From positions 9,176,001 to 9,240,000 of the forward strand of contig CM102290.1 in the NCBI GenBank assembly GCA_046563655.1: a DNA stretch of 64,000 nt, given 5' to 3'. This DNA is from Yuukianura sp. NJ FZ-2021 (Eukaryota). Both the position numbers and the translations under genes were made by a program. The notes under the pieces are model-generated. The model worked only from the letters and a program-made list of their open reading frames with translations. It did not search any database and was not told the DNA's origin. Positions 56,501-64,000 of this stretch are shown here, one piece after another (the first letter of the stretch is position 1; the number at the start of each line of letters is the position of its first letter).

Positions 56501-59500
56501 TAAGACCTAGTTAGACATGCTAGTTGTAGGTGAGAATGAGAAATCTTTTCCTAGACCTAGCTTGACCGACTAGTCGCATGAAGTTAGACCTACTATTCGC
56601 GGCAAACCTGAAGTTAGCTACACATACTAGTCGCAGTGAAGCTATCCCTGGTTATCCACACTCGTAGCTGCAAGGGTAGGTTTTGCTTTATACAAGTCGT
56701 AGAGCTTTTATCCTAAAGTAGACCTTGTTAGACTGTGACTTTCTGGAGGCTAACTTTTGGTTAGCCATAGATAGTCTAATAGCTTAGCTAGACTAGACTC
56801 AGCTGTCGACTCTAATGGAGACATGAGGTTTTGGAAGAAGACGAGGATTTAATTGTGCATTAGTGCTTGATGTGACAGCTTGTTGAGGAATGGGGGGAAG
56901 TAGTGATCCTGTAAAGATCATTACTTGGCTCTAGGCTCCTTCTAGAAGGATGACGTCCAGAGGTCTCTGCAAGTCCTTTAAAGCCTCCAACATCTTCACC
57001 TCAATGTGTCTTTTCCGGAAGCCTCACATTGAGTTTGAAATTTCAAAGTGGAACGCTTTTTTTAAATCCCGCGCACACTTTCTTTTCAACTTCCATCCAA
57101 GCCCCAAAGGACTTAAGCACTTTCCTTCTCGTAGATCAAGTTTGTTTTTTCAAAGTTTTACTTTTAACTTGTCCAGACTCATCCAGGGTGATGACTAGCT
57201 TAATGACTTTAAGTTCCTGTACAGCGTGTTCCAGAATTTTAAAACTTAACAAATGGAAAAAATAGGTGTTTATTTTGTCTCTTAGGTTTCTTCATCGTGC
57301 ACATCAGTCTACGTGGATGGTTCGGAGATTCGTGGTTCAACTAATGCGTCAATTGTTATCAAATACGGAACGTTTGATGGCCAAGCAACATTTACTGTCT
57401 GGATGCCTGAATTTCCACTCGAGGTGCAACTGTCTGATCCGAAGTTGAACCAAATCAAAGGCTGGAGGGTTCCTAGCGGGCTGTCCAGGTCTGTTACAGT
57501 ACTTGCCACGCGTGCGTCACACACTGCACTTTTTGATTTTATTTGAACTTTGGCGCGCCTCCTTAAAAATGCAGCACACGACGGAGCAAAAGTGCTCTTT
57601 CTAGCGATAATTTGAACCCAATGCGTGTCACGGACATGGACCCGAAGACTAGCACATTCCAATTTGGAAGCGACGACAATGTAGCTTATTCCGGGTACTC
57701 AATTTTATTTTGTACACTGTGGTCCAAAAACATAACTTAACTTATATAGAGTTCGGATCAATATGCTAAATTGCTTCAATTTCCGATTTTTTTTTAGTTT
57801 TTTCCTAAATTTTTGTGAAGAATGCGAAATGTGGTGTACAGCGTGACCCAGAATGCACAGAAAGTTAATTTTATGTTCGCGTTTTGTTAACCGAAACGTA
57901 ATAAGACAAAACATTAAGGAAACATATCTAAGTAAATTGGCTGTTTTGTACAGCATGGTTCAAAACGACGGGAGTCAAAATTTATCTCCAAATATTAAAC
58001 TTTTCGTTTGAACTTTAGGAATTCAAAGAAATTTTCGTTTCCTTGGCCATAAAACCTGTTTTTTGAACCACAGTGTACAAAAATATTCTGGCGGAAGAAA
58101 AACTTTTTTTCTTCTAACTGCGGACATTCACGCAAATCGTTGGGCACCGAGCTGTCGCTTTCTGTTGAAAATTTGAATAGAGATGGAATTATTCATAAAC
58201 TTTTCCTTTTCCCGCTAACACTGACTTTCACCTGCCATTTTCAAAACTTCCCGCGCAAAACCACCCATTTGGGGGCCAAAATTGACTTCTTTGTAACTGG
58301 TACAAAGGAGGGTGCTTAACTTTGTTCAAATAGAACTTTGAACAAACAGTTTGTTCAAATAGTAGTTCTTTCAGTTAGGTTAAAAATGTGACCTGTGTGT
58401 CAAAGGTCGCGTGTTTTTTCTATTGTACAAAACAAAAGGCGGGGCGGTATTCCTTCGCTTTAAAGTTTATCTGGAACAGCGGCAGAATAGGTTTATTTGA
58501 AATTACTGCGCGCAGACTCAAAAAAAACGGGAGCGCGTAGATTTGAAAGTGAAATAAATACGGACTTTTCTACCACGCTCACGTACTCGCGGTTGTCTTA
58601 AGTTGAAACCACTGCGGTTTCACACAATCTGCTCAAACCGCCATGGTTTCCCATCATGAAACCGCTGAGATTCCTTTCTGTAGTGGATTAAACTCAAAGG
58701 AACTTTCACCAGCAGTAGACCCAATCAAAAGAAGCGAAACGTTGACCTTTGACCGAAATGTTCACGTTGGATTCACGCATCAATTTGGCCTTTGCCCTAG
58801 CAGTGCCCGTCACTATGCCAAAGTTTGTTGAGAAATTATTTAGAACTTTTTTTTTCAGCCAAGGGAAGCGAGAAGTGAAGGGTTTTGGGATTTTGGGAGA
58901 CTCTCCAGTGGCCGGAAAATTCAAACGAAGCGTTCCGCCTTCAGAGGCTTCAAAATTAAGCGAGAAAATGCACCCTACTTATGATTATGAAGAAAAAGTT
59001 ATTGAAGAAGAGGACAGTGACCTTGACAGGTCACTTGACCTGGAAGAAGAAACAGAAGTTGAGGACAAGTTCAACTGTCGTCTCTGGTATCAACACTCCA
59101 GAATTGACGTAAGAACTAGCTTTTAAGGGTAAACGACCTTAAAACGAAGAAATCTGCGGACATTTTCAGTTTTGTAAAAGTTTTGGTAAAGGACATCGAC
59201 CCGTTTTTCTATATTTTGTCTTTGGTTCCGAGCAGTACTGATTGCTAGAGATGGATTGATTTTTCGTGGAATTTTTGTACCAAAAAAGAACTTTAAAGAT
59301 TTGAAAATGACATTTTGGAAACAGCGCCACTTTTTTTAAGCATAGTAGAATCAGATACGATTTGTGAATATTAAAATGAGGAGTTTGGATGCTGAAAAAG
59401 ATAGATGTGCTGCTGTGTTTTCTTTTTTGATACACAAAACGCGCTCTGCGGAGCTTGACAGAATGTTGCCCATGAAGCACATTCTCCAATCCTTAAAAAA

Positions 59501-62500
59501 TTTAAACAAAAACTGAAATGACAAAAACAGGAAACTCAATTCAAATCCAAGAGGGGGTGAAAGTCGACGAACTTTTTTTTATAAACATTTTCAACTTCAA
59601 CAACTTTGTTTTATTTCAAAACGAAGAAAATGCAACTCAAGAAAAAAGAGGATTGGCGCGTAAAAAGCTTAGTTTTCAAAGCTAATGAAATGAAAATGGA
59701 ACGTGAGGTGGTTGATTCATTGACTTTTGACCTTTTTCTTTTTCGCTTTGTAGGTTTTTGCTCGTCTTTTGGCTTCAGACCATGACTCTGGACGGACTTC
59801 CTATTTCATTTCGAGAAAGACTTACCTCAAAGTGACGGATTTGATATCCGATTACCTACGTGTGGCTGATTCACAAGTAGCTGCTGTCAAGGGAACAGTA
59901 CCCTACGTCCAAGGGCTCAGTCCAGGCAGAACGGAAGTCCAGGTACGTTCCCTAAATTTTTAGTTTCACGCGTTTCTCAGTTTTTCGAATTTTAGGTTCT
60001 CGGGCTCCCACTTTCTCCCAATTTTTATTCTCTCGCGTGTTCCACCCCCCCCCCTCCCTCCCCTCTCGAAATTTTCTAGCTGACAGGGATCCCACTTTTT
60101 CCCTTTCTTTTTTAGGAATTTGCAGGGTTTATTTTTTCAAAATTTTCAGGTTTGCTGGTTCCTACTTTCAATTTTTGTTTCACAGTTTATTCGAATTAGT
60201 TTTTACATTTAGACTTTACTTACAAATAGTGTCACAGGATCCTGCTTTCCAAATTGTTTCTTTCCGTCGGCTTTCACTTTTCTAAACTTGGACCTTTGAC
60301 CCGAGGTGGACAAAGTCTTTGTTTGTAGGCTGTACAACCTTGGACCCTAAGTCCGGCTTCAGGAATGATTTTCGTTTTTGACGATTTGCCAAAAACTTTG
60401 TTCCACTTTCTCTGTGCACACAACACCGCGATATCGGATTCAGCTCAAGGCAAAACTTTCTCTTTGTTTCATCACGTCTCTTCCCTCCACAACTTGTAGT
60501 CTAATTAACAAACATCTAAGGACCTAAAAAAGATTTTTTTTAAAAAAGGTCAAAGGTAATTTCTTCCAGTTTTTGAAAAGTTGTCGCCACGAAATAGGGT
60601 TAAACTGCTGCCTTAATTTTTTTAGCAGAAACGTTTTCGTTGGAAAAAAAAGTTAATTAATGCTGCAAAGTTAATGCGTTTTGTGTTTTGCAGATCCTGT
60701 CACCGGTCACGGGTCGTGTGTTGGGTGCCAAGGAAGTTCGTGTTGTCAATGACAAAGTGTCCATCACGTCCATGAAGGTGGACGTGATTTCGGGTGTCCA
60801 ACTGTCGCTGTACCCTGACACGGACTCCGACAACGAATTCATTGCAGAAACAACTATTACTTCCAAGCTCTCTGCCAAGTATCAGGTAAAACACAAAAGT
60901 AAAAAAAATTAACACAGAATAGAAGCTAAGACCAACGTGGTCATAATAAACTAACATAAATAAAACACTAACAAAACATAATAACACCGCAAAAATACAG
61001 AAATAGGAACAAAAAACCGCAGTCCCTGAAGTTATATGTTTTCTCTCAGCAGGAGAAAAACCGTACCGGTGAGGCCTCCAAGCGTACAAAACTTGCGCAT
61101 ATTCAGGGCACCTAATAACGTTTGGCGGCAGACAAATTGCTTTATGCCTAGTATATAACTGTTTTTTTTTGATATAACCTAACTGACTTAACATAACATG
61201 ACAAATATAATTCCTAATAAACAATAATGCTAACATAACGACTTATCTAATAATTACAGGAGGCTTTGCTAGACATTCACCTACGATTTTCTGATTCTGC
61301 GTGGGTGAAGCTGGATGAGGTAGAAAGGGAAAATTACGTTTTGACCGTGGACAGTTTGGAACCGAATGTCGTTGAACTCCCACCAATTCAAAATTCAAAA
61401 TACCCGCGAATTCTGGCCGTGAGTGAAGGGGGTGGTCCGATAATGAGGTAACTTTCTCTTTGGTGACAAATATTGAAAAATAGAGAGAGAAAGTGCAAAA
61501 ATTTTCAAAATCGTTTTTTACGCTCTTTCAGAGTATCTTTGGAGTTGAGTGACCAGTGTCATCGACAAAACTCTCAGCCATTGGCCATGTCCGTGGCTCA
61601 CGTTGACGTCAACTTTACTACAAGTCCCAGTCGATCCGAATTCACACAAAATGATAGTCATCAACAGGCGGGAAATTCAAAACAGGCATTTCGAAAATCT
61701 GGTCGTGGAAAGGATCGTGCTTTTTCCCCTACTACAAATAACGAAGGGTTCAAAAAAGACGCAAAGTTGTTCGGAAGTTCCGCTCCGGCTGACATGACAG
61801 GCATTCTGCTCAAAGATGACGGCAGTCGGACGTCAAGGACGAGCAGTCACACTGTCGAATCATTTTCCGTTGGATATGGAGCAGATAAGGGATGGAGCTT
61901 TGCTCCGAGGAACAAGGCCCTCGAAATCGCTATGTACGTTCTACTTGGCGTTTTCAGCGTCGCCATTTTAGTTTTCGTGGCGTCATGCGTCGTGTACGCG
62001 TCTCGAGTCAAAAAGCGAGAAATCCGTGCCGGAGATGAGCTGGACATTAAGTTTGAACATGGAGGACGAACGCTGCCGATGGTCGGTGGCTATATGGGGG
62101 GCACGAATGCACACGACTGGGTGTGGCTTGGCCGGACGTCGCTGGCGCTTCATCCGTCGTTGGACAGTCGCAAGCACTTGAGTCATCATCAGTCATCAAA
62201 ATCCGTTAGTTTTGAGTCAAACGGAAACGTTCGAATCACGCCGAATCCAAATTATGAAAATCACCTAAGAGCAGTTGGGGGCACAGGACTTGGTTCAAAT
62301 TATCAGTACGCTGGTCGCAATGACCTTGAATCAGCTCGACTCATGAATCGAGGAAGCGGAGCCACCCCGGGGGGAAGTCACCACCAAGTCATCACAACTC
62401 CAGGAAGTCAGTTACCCCCGAGGCTACCAAAACCCACTTCCCTCCCTACGTCTCAAGCTGCTCCAATTGACACTACCACTTTTTCAAAAGGGGGTGGGGG

Positions 62501-63008
62501 TGGTAGCAGACCATCTTCGGACAGCCCACCGGATGCTCCACCAGACTACAGGCCTCCAGTCCCCCCTCACAGAAACATTAAGGCCCCTCAGGGTCTGTCT
62601 TCCCCCTCAGCCCCACCCCCAGTTCCTACCTCCTCCCCTCCAAGGTCAGCTACGAACAGTACAAAAAGCACATCCTCATCCAATCACCTTCGTCATCTTG
62701 TAAACGGGAGTCGGAATGACTCGGGTCCAGAATCATATGACTATGATAACGACTCGTCGTCACGACCACGACTCCGAGAAGAACCGAAAGGAATCAACCT
62801 CGCTCGCAATCCCATGTGCTACATTGACGAAGAAGTTGAAGACGATTTCCGAGAAGAAATTCGACGGTCAGAACCGTTGACCGTCGCAGCGGCAGCAGCG
62901 GTCAAGCGACACCGTGTCAAACCACATGCTACAGACAATGTCAAGTTGAACATGGACTACGATCAGCTAATGGAGTACTTTGACAGCCTCAAGGAAACGG
63001 AGGCTTAA
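32547..63008 (+). CDS. TMEM132: Transmembrane protein 132 family type I membrane protein (about 13 exons, large introns)
   Basis: Signal-peptide exon 32547-32598 (MELRPTCFIKFWICFLF, phase 1) joins 41420 (VPLLPGLEIHFE...SIRVTYGPFSTKQTVP...PILRVLFH). Further exons lie near 42128, 42490, 47652, 52522, 55383 (WEVVNTAVLDGKQVSRPMKV), 57286 (VSSSCTSVYVDGSE...VWMPEFPLEVQLSDPKLNQIKGWRVP), 58859, 59754, 60694, 61260 and 61531-63008. The last exon has the TM helix LEIAMYVLLGVFSVAILVFVASC, HDWVWLG and the C-terminal MDYDQLMEYFDSLKE. Confidence 0.92.
35597..35838. repeat. Degenerate tandem repeat of about 31 bp
   Basis: Recurrent aaatttgtg(t/c)atagtcaatgttgtgtattcg units. Confidence 0.55.
38704..38970 (+). 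pseudogene. hAT transposase remnant (catalytic-core fragment fused to C-terminal dimerisation motif)
   Basis: NLGLIPVQNSMTAEAI...LSQFGLSLSEDIVSTVTD joined directly to PTTTKAERSFSFAGYFCSKIRSRLVDDTLDKLCFLRSYF. Confidence 0.8.
38974..39992. mobile_element. Nested TIR element inside the hAT copy
   Basis: Imperfect inverted termini CTCTCA...TTGCAAT(C/T)GTACGT; interrupts the end of the transposase remnant. No clear TSD. Confidence 0.55.
41057..41250. mobile_element. Tc1/mariner-pogo-like MITE
   Basis: TA-flanked imperfect TIRs: CCGTAAATTCCCAAATA versus (reverse complement) CAGTAAATTTCCGAATA. Confidence 0.5.
47986..49131. mobile_element. Non-autonomous hAT element carrying a minisatellite
   Basis: TIRs TAGGGGTCGGAATCCGGA, exact 8-bp TSD GTGGTGCT (47978-47985 and 49132-49139), ATCCGGAT subterminal arrays. 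Confidence 0.92.
48189..48916. repeat. 11-bp minisatellite AATGTTGTGC(T/C)
   Basis: About 730 bp of near-perfect tandem units with T/C variants, occasional 8-bp truncated units and AATATT variants. Confidence 0.97.
56260..56810. repeat. CTAG/TAGTCGCA-rich degenerate repeat block, probable transposon remnant
   Basis: Recurrent ctagtcgca, agacctag and caaacctg..ttagctaca motifs; no ORF; ends not resolved. Confidence 0.4.
57715..58075. mobile_element. Tc1/mariner-type MITE
   Basis: TIRs CACTGTGGT(C/T)CAAAAA flanked by TA on both sides (57713-14 and 58076-77) within a palindromic TTTTGTA/TACAAAA context. Confidence 0.8.
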
Positions 63009-64000
63009 GGTCATGACCATGACCTCGGTCAATTAAGGTCATGCAATGACTCCTCCCCCGGGGTCTTTAACCACCGACCTTGTCAACAGTATCCACATTC
63101 CAGTCACTTCACGCAAACAATCATACTGAATGAGCACATGTTACGTTTCTGCACATAATTATATGGGTACAACAGTTAGAACATTCCCGGTAACACGTTA
63201 ACCTCTGGCGCCAAAACGTTATACCGCCGTAAACTTCAACGTAGCGTTTAATGTTACACTGTATCGCCCGCCAATGTTCAAATTATTAAACATAATCTCA
63301 GCAGCAGCAGCTCTCTCTGGCGGAACTATTTAAAAAAATTTAAACAGGGAAAAATAAGCTTTACTTTTGGTTAATTATTAAAATTACTAGGTTTTCTAAA
63401 TGTGTCTAAAATTCTAAAGCTAGAAACAATTTGAAAATGTGGCGCCTTGCTTGAAGTTCATCTCTTGATTATCGTTTTGAAAAAAAAACTTGTTTTGAAG
63501 GGAAGGTTTGAGCGAGAATTAATGCTGAAAACGTACGGAATCCTTGAATGATACCTGACAAATTGAAAATTCGAAATTAAGTTTTGACTGCCAAAATTTA
63601 TTTAAAACAAAAAACTTAAAATTAAAAATTTAATAGCCTTTGTGTTTTCCAAATTTCGAGTTTTGGAATTTGTTCAGGTGTAGTTGTACAACCTTACGCG
63701 CTTGAGCACATAGCTGTGCGTTTATGTTCTATAATCAATCAATCAAAAAATCAATCAACTGATTGATTATGTTTTATAAAAATTGTTTTTTTGTAGACAA
63801 AACTTCTTTTTTTTATAAAGTTTTTTTTTCTTAAATTAAATCGAAAAGCACTGAGGAGGTGCTAAAAAAAGTTTTCTTTGAAACACATTTTTTGAATCCC
63901 TTTCACAAATCACATTCATAATCAACTAATTAAAAACTATTTAAAACTTTTAAGAATTAAAAAAAAGTTGTAGAACTATGAACTTTGGATTTTTAAGGTC

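Noticed and set aside
33000..61236. Numerous 60-180 aa ORFs in TMEM132 introns and antisense to exons (e.g. 33190-33603, 53811-54200, 60700-61236)
   Set aside because: F/K/L-rich translations of AT-rich or repetitive DNA, or shadows of real exons; no motifs or splice support.

Overview
AT-rich eukaryotic genomic DNA with many short (about 60-80 nt) GT-AG introns. The gene content and sequence style suggest an arthropod; this is inference only. Seven multi-exon protein genes can be reconstructed. LETM1 (-) and RNASEH2A (+) sit head-to-head. They are followed by a BAIAP3/Munc13-4-like C2-MUN-C2 gene (+) with several frame-compatible alternative first exons, the PP2A B55 subunit gene tws/PPP2R2 (+), an ApoD-like lipocalin (-), a C11orf54/DUF1907 homologue (-), and a roughly 30-kb TMEM132 gene (+). 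Introns and intergenic DNA carry a 5'-truncated LINE and many TIR elements with recognisable target-site duplications. These include two hAT-family elements sharing TAGGGGTCG ends: one holds an internally deleted transposase plus a nested insertion, the other an 11-bp minisatellite with a higher-order duplication. I found no CRISPR, tRNA or rRNA, and no convincing novel multi-gene system. The most notable oddities are a LETM1 apparently lacking its C-terminal EF-hand, a 19-codon insertion beside the RNase H2A DSK motif, and a gene-sized gap divergent from tws that may hold a spliced non-coding or micropeptide transcript.
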